The notes under the pieces: model-generated
What the model saw: the letters and a program-made list of their open reading frames with translations, nothing else
Database searches by the model: none
What the model was told of the DNA's origin: nothing
Shown: positions 11,126 through 25,469 of the stretch, piece by piece
How positions within the stretch are numbered: position 1 is the first letter of the stretch
How the letters are laid out: every line of letters begins with the position of its first letter
Position numbers and translations under genes: made by a program
Assembly (NCBI RefSeq): GCF_006345805.1
Contig: NC_042997.1
Span: forward strand, 6,448,001-6,512,000
Direction: 5' to 3'
Length of the DNA: 64,000 nucleotides
Origin: Octopus sinensis
Lineage: Eukaryota

Positions 11126-13559
11126 GTAAGTGGTTTCAAGACTCCACTATGACACTACGAAACACTATCATCCGAATTTTTCTCATACGCCCAGTATTAG
11201 ACATGTTTGTTACACTGAATTTGACTTAATACATGTTAATAAAGCGTTCATGTTAGAATTAACCCAATAGAAAAAAAAAAGAGAAACTCTTCTTTGGATC
11301 ACGTGATTCCACAGTCTCCCTAACAAAGCCAAGAACTTTTACCACAATTTGGATATCTTGAATTATTTTCTAAAATCCGTCATCAAACGCATCCGAAAAA
11401 CTCCCCTAATAGAACTAATGTGGGCAAAGTTTTTGTTGTAATTCTCGACTTAAAATCTGTATATCTTGATGAATCCCTTTAATTGTCCTTAATTTTTAAA
11501 CAATATGGTCGAATCATTTAAATTAAAATCTCCCAACTCACTGCTAATGATATTATTTTTAACAATCACGCTCCCCTAACAACACTTAACGGATATTCCG
11601 AGACGATTTCCAGTACTCCCAAACGATGTCTGAAGATCAAATTGTAACTATTAGTTCCTCATAAATATTACACCCCTTTTTAAACCCAACTTAACTTTTC
11701 CTTATTTTGACATTATGTAGTCCACTATTTGCATTAGTGACGGAGATTATATTATTTAAGTAAAGAGATCCGAAAGAGGTACAAATCTTTAATATGTGTG
11801 CATACCTGGATGCAAAATTTCCAAACCTAATACTACTGTAACCAAAAACGATTATAATTTGGTTGATGTTTTTATTGATGATGTTAATGTTGAAGCCAGT
11901 AATATAATTATTATTATCCCAGCGAGAATAAAATTGACATCAGTATCAGTAATAGCAAGACGTTTGATTTCTCTCTGGCTAATTTTGCCAAATTGTCCCA
12001 TCTTCATAGGAATGATGTTAGTATTCCTGTCTGTAGTCATAAGACAACAATCATACTAAATTTAATGATCCGCATGCGTTAAATATGATACCATCTGCAA
12101 CACACATTACGATGTTCAAGGTGCTTCTCTTCGAAGTGCAATTGGTTATACTACTTTGTTGTTTATAACTGTAGCGTTACTAGCACATGGACCAACTACA
12201 TGTTGCAGCTTATATTGGTAGTACGATTGATTATAAATGTCGCTATCTTACGCGTCACGGATAATTAGTACTAGGAAATATTTAGCTCCCTCACCACACA
12301 TATCCATCTCAAAAAGGAAATTGTCATACGCTATATTCTGTCCAGGTGCAATATCTCTGGTAGAGCTCCCTACACGGGGATCACCCTACCATATAGATTA
12401 CGTTGTCAATCAGTATACCACGCCAGAACGATATCTACCCCCTCAATGGATTCTCTGGCGTAATTTCCAAGTGCAAGTATAATTTCTAGGAAATATTATC
12501 TCGTTACCTAAACTTCCTATATTTCAACATAAGAACTAATAACATTCTATTCTTTATTGCAATCATATCCCCGTTTAAATTATACTTCCGCATTGCCCTT
12601 ACCATCATCCTTCTCGTAACAGAATCTTGTTCATTTCACTTCCACTCTACCGAATTCTATCCCCAGTTTAACGACCCGTTTTTGAGTTCTTCACATTTCA
12701 TTCCTTATTCTCTGTTTATTTCTGTTATTGACAGTTATTTACTACGTACCACCAAGCATATCCTACAATTTACATTTGGAAACTCATATTTATAATGCTA
12801 CGACGTATGCCAGTTTATCCATCATAAAACGATGGATAAACTCTAATGAATCTGGCATCCAACCCAAAGGTCTCGATAGATTGGTGGGTGTAAGTAATCT
12901 ATGAGCAAATTCTTTATATTATATTGTGAACTGGCTCACAATATCAGGAGAAAATGAAGGTACACTCTGAAAGGAATAAACTTAGTCCACGTAGAACTGC
13001 TATCAGACCAACAGTAAAAAATTGTATAAACAGAAAAGGAAACGTCAATAACCCACAATAAGTTGACTCGGAACAAACTCGAAATTCACAGCCACCCTTA
13101 AAGTTTTCTTTCCAAAATTTGTATGATCTCTGGTTACTGAGCATCCAAATTATCTTCAAATATCAAATGTAGTGTTTGTAAATAACCACAATAATGAAAT
13201 GTCTGTACATAACAAATGGTATGAACATGTTTAATTATAGATTCTCTAGAATTTGATCTAGATGCATGTGTGTGCATGTGTGCTTATGTGTGTGTGTTGT
13301 CGTTTTATCTCGTGTCCAAGGTTTTAATTTCTTTCCTGATCGCTTCCTTTACGGTAATGGTTTTTGTTCACTAAGTATACCAATTTCTCCTGGGAAAGTT
13401 AATTGCATTGGCTACAGAGTAATGCTTGGAGAGGACGAAGTTGATTTTGTGGAGCCATTGATTCTTGTTTGATTTCTTCCTTTTCTCTTCTAGTAGATTC
13501 GAAGATATTTGTTTTGATTTTGGTGGAACACCGGCAGTTGGTGAGGTCTTGGACATTTG

Positions 13560-14120
13560 GCTTGGGTTTCAAACTATTTAGGTTCAAGTCCGGTGGCCTT
13601 CAATGTTATTTTGAGATGGAATTGGATCTTTAAAGAGGGCAAATCTGTGGTCTTTTTTCTGAAGAGAGAAGGCTGAATAAGACTTCACGCGGGAACCTTG
13701 ACTCTTCCATTCATAATACACGTGCTGACCATTAAAAACGTTGTTTAATGATCAGCGATTACATGCCTTGACTGTCGATCTTTCCAGGAATATGGTCATT
13801 GTCACGTAGTTTTCCCATTTGATATTCAGGATTGAACAACGCTTTTGCTAATGAACGCGTCTAATTCGTAATTGTTGGAGCGATATATAGTCCAGATTTT
13901 GCAGTCATACAGCAATGTTGAAAGGACAACACGCTCACAGACCATAATGTTTTGTTAAGTTCAGATCATTGTTGTTGTAGACTCGTTTGATTAGTAAGTT
14001 GGCATTTGGATCCGACAATACTAGGATTTTGTTTTCTTGATTTTTGCTATAAAACCTATGGTAGCACATACCAAATTTGTTCATTGAATGTTGGAGTTCT
14101 TTTTAATGTCAGATTAGAGT
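13560..14120 (-). mobile_element. RTE (BovB-like) LINE 3' ORF fragment
   Basis: Minus strand gives IMVCERVVLSTLLYDCKIWTIYR and ILNIKWENYV, matching the RTE C-terminal VYxAxVLxTLLYGCETW...ILxIxW pattern. Stops and frameshifts present. Confidence 0.75.
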
Positions 14121-16530
14121 ATTGAGACAGATGCGTTGAGTGAGTTTACGTGTATAATTTTTAGGTGCGTTTATTAATGTTAGAATATTAGATCAAAAAG
14201 TTCAAAACCATGTCCTAAAATCAGTTTTATCTCCCCAATTCAGTTGACATATTTATGTACTCAGTACAACTAAAAACTTATTATAAATAGTGTATCTCAG
14301 TGCATATCTATTTTCGTGATTGAATGATAAGATGCAGGAGATAAAAAAAAGACTTAAAATACACGTGTATATTTGGGAATACCAAAATGGATGTACAAAG
14401 TTTACTTGTTTGTAATATAAGTAAAAGGAGAGGATATATGAAGGTCAAATAACCTTGTCTCAGAAAATTAATATCGAAAATGGCAAACAGGCTAATTATG
14501 CAATGGAAGTAAAATTTTGTTAATTATAATTTTAAGCAACGTTTCTAGTATGTAAATTATTTGACAATATGTATAGGTTCACCGATCATTATCTTATTGA
14601 AAGAAGTGATGAAAACAAGAGGGCAAATAAAATTTAAATATGTTGTTTTGTTTAAATAATTGCCAGTAGTTAAAAATATACAATTTTCGCTAAATGTTCA
14701 CAAAATGAACATCAATATTTATTGTCTGACAAATTTATTGATTTGACCTAATAGTACACTTGTTAGCGTCTTTCACTATTTTTGTTAGCTCTCACTCTTA
14801 ATCATTGTCCCTCTTCCACTCCTTCTTGTTTTCACTTTCCATGTCAGTAGAAAGCAATGATACTATCTACTTATTTATTTTGCTCTCTCAATCTATATTC
14901 TTTACTACGTACACATATTTCCCCTCTGTATTTCTTCTCTCTCTTATATATATATGCACGTTGATACACGGACACACATACGTGACAACACTTTTCTTTT
15001 TATTCTCTCTATCAGTCTCTTAAGAATGTTTCTGAAATGTCTTGGCAAATGTTTCTCCTTAATACCCTCTTCTTTATAAAAGACAATACCTTCCCTTGTC
15101 TGTCTTCTTTTTTTTTTTTTTTGTCTGTCTCGCAGTTTATAATGAAACATCATCTTATCTACAACTGGCATTTATGGTTTCAAATTTTATTGGATATTTA
15201 TATTGTACTGCACATGGACAACAGCGCACAAACGCACAGACACACACTCTAACACACATACAAACACACACAAAAACACTCACACATATACACACACACA
15301 TACACAAACACACACACGTACTCACACACATACAGATACAGAGTCTGAGAATTGCTAAAACCATTCACTTATAATTATGGTTGCAGCAGCACTTGTATTT
15401 CCGCAAAGAGAACAAACTATAATCATTTTATCCAAATGCCATAGATTTACAAACTGTAATACTACAGGTAGTACGCACTGCAATATAAAGGAAACATTGA
15501 AGAAACTGTGAGAACGGAATTCAGTAAATGCATATAAAACATTAGAATATTGATTAAAATTTTCAGTCAATGTCTAAGATTATCTGAAACAATTGTTCAT
15601 TATGTTATGTTGTATAATTCTTAAAGTAGCATATACATCTACACCACGAACAAGCACACAAACGCACCAGCTTATATATAAGTATGTCTGTATGTATGTA
15701 TATGTAATGAGTGAGAGAGAGAAATGTATATGTATGTATGTATGTATGCATGTATGATTATATAGAGAATATGCAATATTTATTTTATTAAGTTATGAAA
15801 TTATAGGAATTTAAATGTAATGAATTGAAAAATAATGCACATGCGTGCAACAAATTTGAATGATTAAAAGGTCAATTATCTTTCCTTTTTTTTCTCTTTT
15901 TTCCGTTAAAGTCTATCATGAACGTTTAAATGTTAGGGAGAAATGTCTAGAGGAAAAAAGATGAAATAAAGAAACACAAAATAATTAAGCCGAAAATGAA
16001 CAATTCATTTAATTGTGGTTAAGATTAAACTTAGGAACGAATTTTTTAAACGCAATGAGATTTTCATTAATGAACATGAAATAAATTAATTTAGTAATGC
16101 AATCACGTAAGACTCTGTGGGATAGATCACGTAAAAACAATCCTAACGTTCCTCACATTTGCACACTTTATAATAATGAGGATATAATTAAGCAGCAGGT
16201 ACCAAGTGGGACACTAAAAAGAGCTAAAATATTTGAAAACGGAAAATTTAAAAGAAATGACAGAAATAAATTTTTCACATTAAGGAAGGGATTATAGACA
16301 ACTCAGTAATCATCAAATGGTCCATCATCAAGGATAAAGGATGTTTTGTGAAAAGAAACACGAGCATCATCTTGTTTCTAGTCACAGTTTGTAGTAGTAT
16401 CGTAATATAAACTCTCTAATACATGTTATATAGAATCGTGTGTATTTCGGCGTCAGATCAAGTTTTGAAAGGCGTTAATGATCCATAGGTCATTTGAAAT
16501 GGCGCTTATATTTTATATATATTTAGAGGT

Positions 16531-16870
16531 AAGGCACAGGTGGTGTGGCTTTGTGGTAAATAATCTGCATGCCACATGGTTCAATCTGACTACGTGGCAA
16601 GTTGGGCAAGTGTCTTCTAGACTCGCGCCGACCAAATATTTTTGACTGGAGTTTGTAGAGGCAAACTGAAACAAGCTCGTCGTATATATATTAGCGTGTG
16701 TTTGTGTGTCTGTGTCTGTACCCCACCATCGCCTGACAACCGATGTTGGTGTGTTTCAATCCCTTTAGTGGTTCGTCAAAGGGACCGATAGAGTTAATTT
16801 ATTCGACTAAATGCGGTGCTCCTGCATGGCCGCAGTCAAGAGACCGAAACAAATAAAAGAAAAAATAAAA
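16531..16870 (+). mobile_element. tRNA-derived SINE (family B)
   Basis: GGCACAGGTGGTGTGGCTTTGTGGTAA head, TTGGGCAAGTGTCTTC core and GCGGTGCTCC.GCATGGCCGCAGTCAA tail, shared with 45125-45575 and 36640-37030. Confidence 0.85.
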
Positions 16871-16969
16871 GTATGTCACTGTGTTGGTGTGTGAACCTAC
16901 CAGACGTTATATGAGCAACTCTATGAATGTGAGTGCCACTCATACCTCCTATCACTCTCTCTCGCTACG

Positions 16970-17024
<55 letters not shown>

Positions 17025-17965
17025 AAGAGATTGAACCTCCACAAAGTAATTCAATCAATAATGAAATATATTATCCACTATAAAATATAAATTTGAATAT
17101 ATTATTGTTAATATTGTACTAAAATTGCTATACTAAAAATACACTATAAAAAATTCACATTCAATCGACGACGCGCATTTCGTGACGATGTATTCGAATT
17201 AACAATATCAAAATCGAAATTCTAAAACATTGATATTTCTTCGATCCAACGATACATAGCCACTCTTCAGGTCTCAATAACATAAAATAAATGTACAAAA
17301 TAAATATAGACGATATAACTCAACTACATATTTATATATAATCGATAAGATTTAACAGCATTGAAGAAAAATAGAACTTATTCATGAGCACCTGTTAACT
17401 CCACCAATTAAAGATGGCTACTGAAATTATGATTTCCAATGTAGGGGAGATAATTCTTAATTATTGAATACCAGTAAAAAAGAAAATACTATCCTCAATT
17501 TAAAATATCCAGTGTAGGGGAAGTAATTATAAAACTACTACAAATATGAAAAATAGATAAACATTGTAAAAATATATGTATGAAGGAAAAAATTAATTTC
17601 CGTGGTTAATTTATCTAGATAAATAATTAATCAGATATAATTTACTAGTTTTTATGGAAATTAAAAATATGATTTATATGATTTATGTCAGTTAAATGGG
17701 ATTTTAGATGTTAAACTAAAAATTAAACTTTAAATTTATACTATACGAATTTTGAATTAAGATTATTCTAAACTAAAATTATACTAAAACCATGTTAAAA
17801 ATTAACTACAACTTTACTGTTACTAGAATTGTGTCACTTTAAATCTTTACGTAAATAATAATTTTAGGACTGATAAGAAATTTTAGCTGTTAAACTAAAA
17901 TTAAATAAACATTCAGTCTCTTAAATCTATATATATTTAATATATCGTGAAATTTGATTAGATAC

Positions 17966-18021
17966 TACTAAAGTGACTTTGTTCTTCCTGTTGCCTTGGA
18001 ATTTTATATTCCCTTCTATTA

Positions 18022-18107
<86 letters not shown>

Positions 18108-18174
18108 CACGCATTATTAATAGAAGGGAATATAAAATTCCAAGGCAACAGGGGAAAACAAAGTCACTTTAGTA
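17966..18174. mobile_element. Fold-back MITE-like element: ~60-bp inverted arms around a (TA)n core
   Basis: TACTAAAGTGACTTTGTTCTTCCTGTTGCCTTGGAATTTTATATTCCCTTCTATTAAT is nearly the exact reverse complement of 18116-18174. TA at both ends could be a target-site duplication. Confidence 0.8.
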
Positions 18175-18329
18175 AAGGCCAATTAAATGCATATATATAT
18201 ATATGTATGTATGTATGTATGTATATGTATGTGTGTGTATGTATGTATGTATATGTATGTGTGTGTATGCATGAATGTGTATGTATGTATATACAAAAGA
18301 GAAAAAAAATAAAGATATTTTCTTTGAAA

Positions 18330-18964
18330 ACATTTTCACTGTTCTCGGTCTGTTAACGGCTAGTATTGATGTAGCGACATTTGAGATTTTATCTAGGGAA
18401 ATCTAGCCGATGACAACTGATGAACTTTGGGAAGCTCGACGCCTATGTCTTAGATTATCTACATGTGGGTTTTGCATTTATTTAATATTCTTCCTACAGG
18501 TAAGATGAAATATTTTATTCCCACCGCTCGATAAAATGCTGCTAGTATATATAAACAGTGAAGCTTTACTTATAACGTCATATATTATAGACTGTTATTT
18601 CCAGTAAATATTTGTGAATTGTTGTACCACTCATTTATATTCTAATCTGATGGTGCTTTGTTATACTGGGAAGCAATACTACTGTATTGCTCTGTTTAAT
18701 TTTATTTCATCGAATACATTTTCACTGTTCTCTCTCTGTTAATGGCTAGGCGTTTCAGATGTTTATATACTGGTATTTATGTAGCATCATTTGAGATTTT
18801 ATCCAGGTAAATCTAGCTGATAAGAACTAATCAAATTTACATTAGGAAACATCATTTGGAAAGTTCGAAACCCAGGTGTCCACATCTGGGTTGTACAATT
18901 ATTTAATGCTCTTCCAATAGGTAAGATGAATTTTTAATGCTCACCTCTCGATAACATTTTGCTA

Positions 18965-19010
<46 letters not shown>

Positions 19011-19022
19011 TTAAGCTTTACT
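18330..19022 (+). repeat. Diverged tandem duplication (18330-18570 and 18716-19022)
   Basis: Shared blocks ACATTTTCACTGTTCTC, CATTTGAGATTTTATC, AAATCTAGC, AGGTAAGATGAA, CTCGATAA and AAGCTTTACT occur in the same order. Confidence 0.85.
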
Positions 19023-19429
19023 GTAGTGTCGACTGCTATGTGAATACTTAAGTATAGTTATATAAGAACGAACAAGTACAAATACATAATCATATATATA
19101 TATATATATATATATACATATGTTAGCCGTTCACTAGTGACCGAGGAAGACCATTGCTGACATTCAGGAACATTGTGTGCTCTAGGACTAATTATAGTTT
19201 ACGTTTGCGGTTCCCTTGGTGGCTTATGAGCCCTGTTCTTGTCAAGCATACACGACTGGAAACATTGCAGACCACGTTTTCTCCATTTACTACACTAGCA
19301 CCAGCAGTCTATATGTAGTGGTCCCATCTTTTCTCGTCAGAAGGTTGTTGTACTGTCACCACATCTCCCCTTACGAAATTTCGATTTCCGATGGAATGAA
19401 GAATTATTATTTATTACTATTATTATTGT

Positions 19430-20600
19430 GTCATTTTCGCGTGTTCCTTATTTGAAGGTGTTCGGTCTATTTCCATTTCCTCTTGCTGGTTCCCCGGGAC
19501 TCCCTTATTTTTTGAGCTGGGACATCAGATACATGAATACTATTAAGAATTTCTCTGTTCTTCGGCGTGTCTCTTCTTTAGCTGATTCATGTGTTCGTAT
19601 GTCCCCAGCGTGGTCCTTTAATTTGACATATCATACTTCCTAATCTTTTTGGTCACAAGGCCATCTTCCCCGCCTCCTTTACTATTTTTGTAGTTTTTAA
19701 AATGCACTTCATCACCTACTTCGAAATATTTCAAATTTTCATATTTCCTTTACATCTTCTTTTCTCTGGCAATAACTTATCAAAAATCGATTTTATTCTT
19801 CTCGTGAACATCAACTCTTCAGCTGACCTTCCTGAATTTGTACTTGGATTGGGGGTGATTGTATATACACTTAAGAATTTTGTTAGTTCTTCGTCGTTAC
19901 GTAATTCGTTTCTAGCTTTCCTTAACGCTCTTTTAAACATGTCCACGAATCGTTTGACAAGCACTTTTGATCTCGGATGTTATGGTGATGAGAAACATTC
20001 TTTGTCGTATGCATTTTACAGAAGTTCTTGAATTCATATCCTGAGAATTGCGTTCCATTTTCAGAAACAAACGAGTCTGGGACACTGTATTGCGCAAACA
20101 ATTCATATAGGAACTTCATAGTTAACTTAGTGGTTAGTTTTTGCACTTGCATATGTCTGGCGAATTTGTAGAGTTGTCTACCACGATTAGATAGGAAGCG
20201 CCGTTCACCGATCAAGCATAGTGGGTATGTAACATAGACTAGTCTTCTCTGTCTTCGGCTACGTTTGATATTTTAGCGGCGGGGCTTTGGTCACGAACGC
20301 TCAACCTCGAAAAGTTCTCTCCAAACTATCGATATCATTGTCCATAGTTGGCTGGTAGACATAGCACCGGATCTGATCTTTCATCCTTTAGATTCTCGTG
20401 TGTCCGCTGTAGAATTGATGCAATACATACATTTTTTATGTCGTCGTTACGACAACTCTTGCGCAAACCTTAGACTATCGTGGCATATTGAGATAGTACT
20501 CGAATTGGTATTTCTATTCTGATTCTTTTCTAAAGCTTCTTTGATTTTTGTAATACTTTGACCGGTGACGAGAAATTGGTTCTCTATAATATATCAATCA
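19430..20600 (-). mobile_element. Decayed Ty3/Gypsy pol fragment (integrase zinc-binding, rve core and C-terminal region)
   Basis: ORFs 19922-20215 and 19731-19964: LFAQYSVPDSFVSENGTQFSGYEF and RFVDMFKRALRK...FLSVYTITP...SAEELMF match the rve P..IVSDNG.QF / AERFV / YR.TP..SPAELL motifs. Upstream GHTRI*RMK...CYVYQPTMD resembles the H2C2 region. Confidence 0.88.
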
Positions 20601-20624
20601 CTGACGACAGTGGTTAGGGAAAGG

Positions 20625-21156
20625 AGCACTCCAAGCACCTTACCCACGTAAGGTATTGTTATCTGTCTGGAGACATATGAAAGGTCTAATTCACTTCGCC
20701 GTTTTAAAGCGAAACCAAACGATTACAAAGGAGCGGCTTCAGTTAGCGCTAGAAGGAAAACGACCATCTTGTATCAGGACAACGCACTACCATGTAGAGC
20801 GTAGATGACATTCCAAAGGCTAGAGCACTTTCAATGTGAAACAATGCCCTGCCCACCATATTCGCCGGACTGTGCCCCATCTAATTATCAATTTATTCCA
20901 CAACAGTTTTCAAAATCGTTAGGAGGCAAATAATATGAATTCCGCAGACAGGATCAGGACAGTATTGGAAGAGTATTTTTGGTCACGAAGAAGTGAATTT
21001 TTGGAAGGGGAGCCTTGTAAGTCAACCAGATAAATTAAAGTACATTGTAGAAAATGAAGGTGAGTGTATTTTAATTAAAAAAGGAACATTCTTCATCTTA
21101 ATATTGAAAAATTGAAGCACTATAACAAACCGCATTAATTATGAGATGATCCAATA
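20625..21156 (+). mobile_element. Mariner transposase 3' half with right TIR, decayed
   Basis: HPRKVLLSVW, YQDNALP (HDNARPH-like), PPYSPDCAPSNY (YSPDLAP motif); ends CGCATTAATTATGAGATGATCCAATA. Confidence 0.85.
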
Positions 21157-21211
21157 CATACATACACGCAGACATAACACACAAACACACACACATATAT
21201 ATGTATATATA

Positions 21212-21260
<49 letters not shown>

Positions 21261-21689
21261 ATATATATACGACCAAGGGTGTGATGCATCATTCTAATTG
21301 ATAAGTTAAAAAACGTGCATTAAATGCACAAACGAACGGAAAACAGTTACAGAAGGGCTCTAATTCATCACCACTTATCAGCCAGTGGTTCAAACGCAAT
21401 TTCGTACCTTTCAGGATAATATTGTTTCTCTTCTTGTGCAACCAGAAACGATCACAATAGTAAACGTTTCTCAACGTTTGTCATGTCATCCTCTGCAAAC
21501 CTCCGCCAAGCAGCTCATACTAACACAGATACGCGAGTCAAATTACTAATATAGAAACGAAAATGAACTTTGGAAACAGCAACGCCAACATAGGTTACGT
21601 GGAAACGATGAACGTGGTTTCAAGGGAGATAAACAAAGAACATAACATTGTAATATTCATGTAAAATAAATATAACAGATGAAAAGTCC

Positions 21690-21882
21690 TTCAAAAACCC
21701 ATATAAATTCCCAGATCACTACCAAAATTTCATCATCTGCGATTACCAATATTTCCTAGAAGTTTCATCAAATACCGTACAAAGCGTTTTGAGTTATTTT
21801 GCACGCAGACGGACAGGCAGATGGAGAGATGGACAAGCCAACGCCGATGAAAACATAACCTCCTTCATTGGTGGAGGTAATG
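21690..21882 (+). mobile_element. Probable Helentron-associated (HINE/DINE-like) non-autonomous element 3' end
   Basis: AAGTTTCATCAAA...GTTTTGAGTTAT, a GACA/GATG microsatellite-like stretch, then AAACATAACCTCC-ttcattggt-GGAGGTAA terminal hairpin (21858-21878). Confidence 0.55.
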
Positions 21883-21899
21883 ATCTCAATACGTGTGAC

Positions 21900-22560
21900 T
21901 TACCAGTAAAAACAATCTTTTGCACTTCTCCTATGGAATGTAATCCAGCGATCATTATCAAAATATTTCAGTCCCTTTATTTTACCATTGCATTTGCTAC
22001 AACAGTCACTGATACTGTACTCGTCGTGAGAGATTCCAGTCAGCAAATCTTCATATTTTCTGAGGTTATCAAATTTTTTGCCGTGATATCATGACCACAA
22101 TGTTTCATGTCAATCAATAAATTAATTCTGTTTTGGTCTTTCACAACGATATACGGATTATTAGTTTTGGTGTCCGATCTCTATGTAGTGAAGAGTCCTA
22201 AACAATAACATTTCCTATTCCTGTTACATACTCACCGTTGTATATATACCATTTGTCAGCAGTTTTGCTTCTATAATGCCGACATGTTATTAAGTGTAGA
22301 TATTGGCCACGTGTGTAATATCTTGATTTATACTCTATATGTGCTAAAGCTTTAAATCTAAAGTTTAGGTGGTCCAAAGTTTCAGTCACTTCGTTGCAGC
22401 ATCGGCATTTTGGGTCTACTTAATTTTTCTCACATTGATTTTGCCGAGTCCAATACATGTGCTCTCTCGGCTTGCACAGTGGTTTTATCAGTAACTACTA
22501 AACTGAAGCCATGACGAACAGAGAAGATGGACTTGAAGACGACATTTAAAAAAACCGAGA
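21900..22560 (-). mobile_element. Degenerate R4/Dong 3' fragment (zinc knuckle and RLE domain)
   Basis: Minus strand RCCNEVTETLDHL, LAHIEYKSRY..GQYLH..CRHY..KWY (ORF 22198-22389), NNPYIVVKD..LLIDM..KFDNLRKYEDL, collinear with ORF 198-695. Confidence 0.75.
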
Positions 22561-22724
22561 TAACACTCGTATATCGCCCGAGGAAACACAAACATACCTC
22601 ATTATGCAGAAAAAAACAAACAAAAAAACAATTGTACCGGATAATAAATAAATATCCAACCGTACTCCTTCTCGCCTCCAATTACTTCACTTTTACTACA
22701 CACACAGAGATACACACACACACA

Positions 22725-22807
<83 letters not shown>

Positions 22808-23558
22808 CCAAACATTGGAATATATCAAACGACGTTAACTGCACCATTATTACTTTTATTCGAACTTTTTGTTAAATAGTGTTGCAACAATTTCCGTTAC
22901 AAATTATCCGTCGTCTAAATAACGTTATATTCCCCTATACAGTTCATCTCTTTATAATGTGAATTATAATAAATACAAAACACAATACTACGCATGTTAT
23001 GATGTAACATTTTGGGAATTCGAATGTTACAATTTGAAAGCCAATAAATATAATTTGACTCAAATATTAAACTATACATTTGAAGAACTTGAATCTAAGC
23101 TATATTAATATTTGTTTTTGAAACTATTTCCATTTGTAAAACTAAGCAATGTATTAGATGTTTGTGTGATCTCACTGTATCCTATTTTTATATTGTAAAA
23201 AAATGTTTCTTAAATCGTCTGGTCGTAGGGCCTAAACTTTGTTTTGTCATCTGTGTTCATATAAAATTCATAAATATGAACACTCACTCATTCGCTACCA
23301 CAGGCACTCAAGCATACAACTCAATGGAAATGTGAACGCACATAGACACATCCATGTATGTGCAAATATATATATATATATATATCCGTAATAATGAAGG
23401 GTGAAATTAATTAATTTGGAAAAATTATCAATTACACCAAGTAGTCTTCGGCATGTAAAAGCCTCCCTTTTAGTAGAAGAAATAGCTATAACCCTTTGAC
23501 TGCTATTTCTAAATTCGGTATGTGGTAAGGCAACTCGTTGCTAAACCCTTATTGCTTA

Positions 23559-23618
<60 letters not shown>

Positions 23619-23628
23619 GTATATATAA

Positions 23629-23714
<86 letters not shown>

Positions 23715-23719
23715 TATAT

Positions 23720-23753
<34 letters not shown>

Positions 23754-23759
23754 CATAGG

Positions 23760-24085
23760 GTAAAATGTAAAGAAACGTCTTCGATCATGAATGACTATGA
23801 GAATGCTGCTATAAATTTAGTCTCTGAGGCACAACTCTGGGTTATGTTTAAAGAAGACCAGCACTCGCCCGTGCGTTAGTCTTCCATCTACACGCCACCG
23901 GTGTTATTCAAGGGAAAGGCAGAGGTCGATAGCACTTTGCACCAGTGACTTCGTGACTAATTTCTACAGCTGAGTGAACAGGAGCAACGTGAAATAAAAT
24001 TTCTTGCTAAAGAAAACAGTACACAGCCCTGTCATAGAATCGAACTCTCTGCCCAACGCTCTAGCCACTGAGCCATGCATCTTTA
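23760..24085 (-). mobile_element. tRNA-derived SINE (family A)
   Basis: Reverse complement carries GGCTCAGTGGCTAGAGC, GAGTTCGATTC and TATTTCACGTTGCTCC..TTCACTCAGCTGTAGAA, as in 9332-9568. Confidence 0.85.
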
Positions 24086-24092
24086 CTTGGGC

Positions 24093-24220
<128 letters not shown>

Positions 24221-24765
24221 CCATATAATGATATCCACACACATGAGTAATGCACGCATAATGACACACACACACGTACTTGTGCACACTTGCACGCACC
24301 TACATAATTATGGTAACAGGTGTCATTTCACAGCCGATTATCGAGTTGCATGCTTCTGATCATTAGATCGGACATGAAGTGCATGATAACTGATTCGTTG
24401 GTCAGAATTTATAGGTAAGTACTAAGAGAAAAACCTGGATGTAGAAAAATCAGTGCGAAGAAAAAGGAAAGAAAAACCGTAAAAAAGAAACGTAAAATAT
24501 GTCAGCTCCCAGGTGATGTAGAAGCTGTTTTTTTATGGTTGACCATTGAGATGAAGACTAAACGATGTGTGAATGATAAATTGCAAATTTATAAAGGTGT
24601 AAAATAGTCTATCAAGTGTTCAAATTCACTCCAGTGATACACATTTTCAGAAAACTTGAAACGGTTAAATATTAAAGATGATGTTCATTTACAATAATTT
24701 AGTGGGGATGGAAAGAGATAAAATATAAATATAGTTTCCGGAAGGTGGTTATATAAATAGTATAA

Positions 24766-24804
<39 letters not shown>

Positions 24805-25222
24805 GTATTCATATGAAATTATGTAAATATCAATACACACTAATTCGCTACCACAGGCGTGCAAGCACACAACCCAATACAAGCGCGCACGCACGTAGAC
24901 ACATACAAGTACATATATATTTACACAGGGTAAAGTGTAAAGACCCTTCTGCGATCATGAAAGCAGTTAACCAAGAATTTTAATTTTAATTACTTTTCTT
25001 TATTTTACTAGCCTATCATTTTGCGTGTTATTATCGGAGAATTTATGGTGGCAATAGTGTATTTTGGCATTTATCTTTTTAGTAAGTGGTGGGGCGTAAG
25101 CCAAGCTCTTGTTATACTTATGTATATAATTATAAAATATTTGTCTCTTTTATTTCCGCGCTAATTACATGGTAAAATTCATTAATGATTTTTACCCTTT
25201 ATTATTATATACATTCACACAG

Positions 25223-25264
<42 letters not shown>

Positions 25265-25469
25265 TAATATATATATATGAATCAGTATTTACATTTAAAT
25301 ATTAAGAATATATTAGCTGTGTTAATTGCAAGAAATATGAGAAAGAAAAAAGAATAAATAATTTGTGATCTTGCTGTATAACTTTTCTGGAAAAAAATAT
25401 CTTCTGATCAGAGATGCAGTACTATTTTCATATTCGGTCATCCAGAGAAACAATAAGTGAAATTGTTAA

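Noticed and set aside
11852-12058. Minus-strand ORF with a transmembrane-like FILAGIIIIILLASTL segment
   Set aside because: No family recognised, the hydrophobic run derives from an ATA/ATT triplet stretch, and the antisense frame is equally open.
12300-12620. Possible Gypsy protease-like GVDIVL motif on minus
   Set aside because: A single short motif amid stops; insufficient support.
21904-22070. Cys-rich minus-strand frame ending at a strong GTAAGT donor
   Set aside because: It is the continuation of a decayed R4/Dong endonuclease region.
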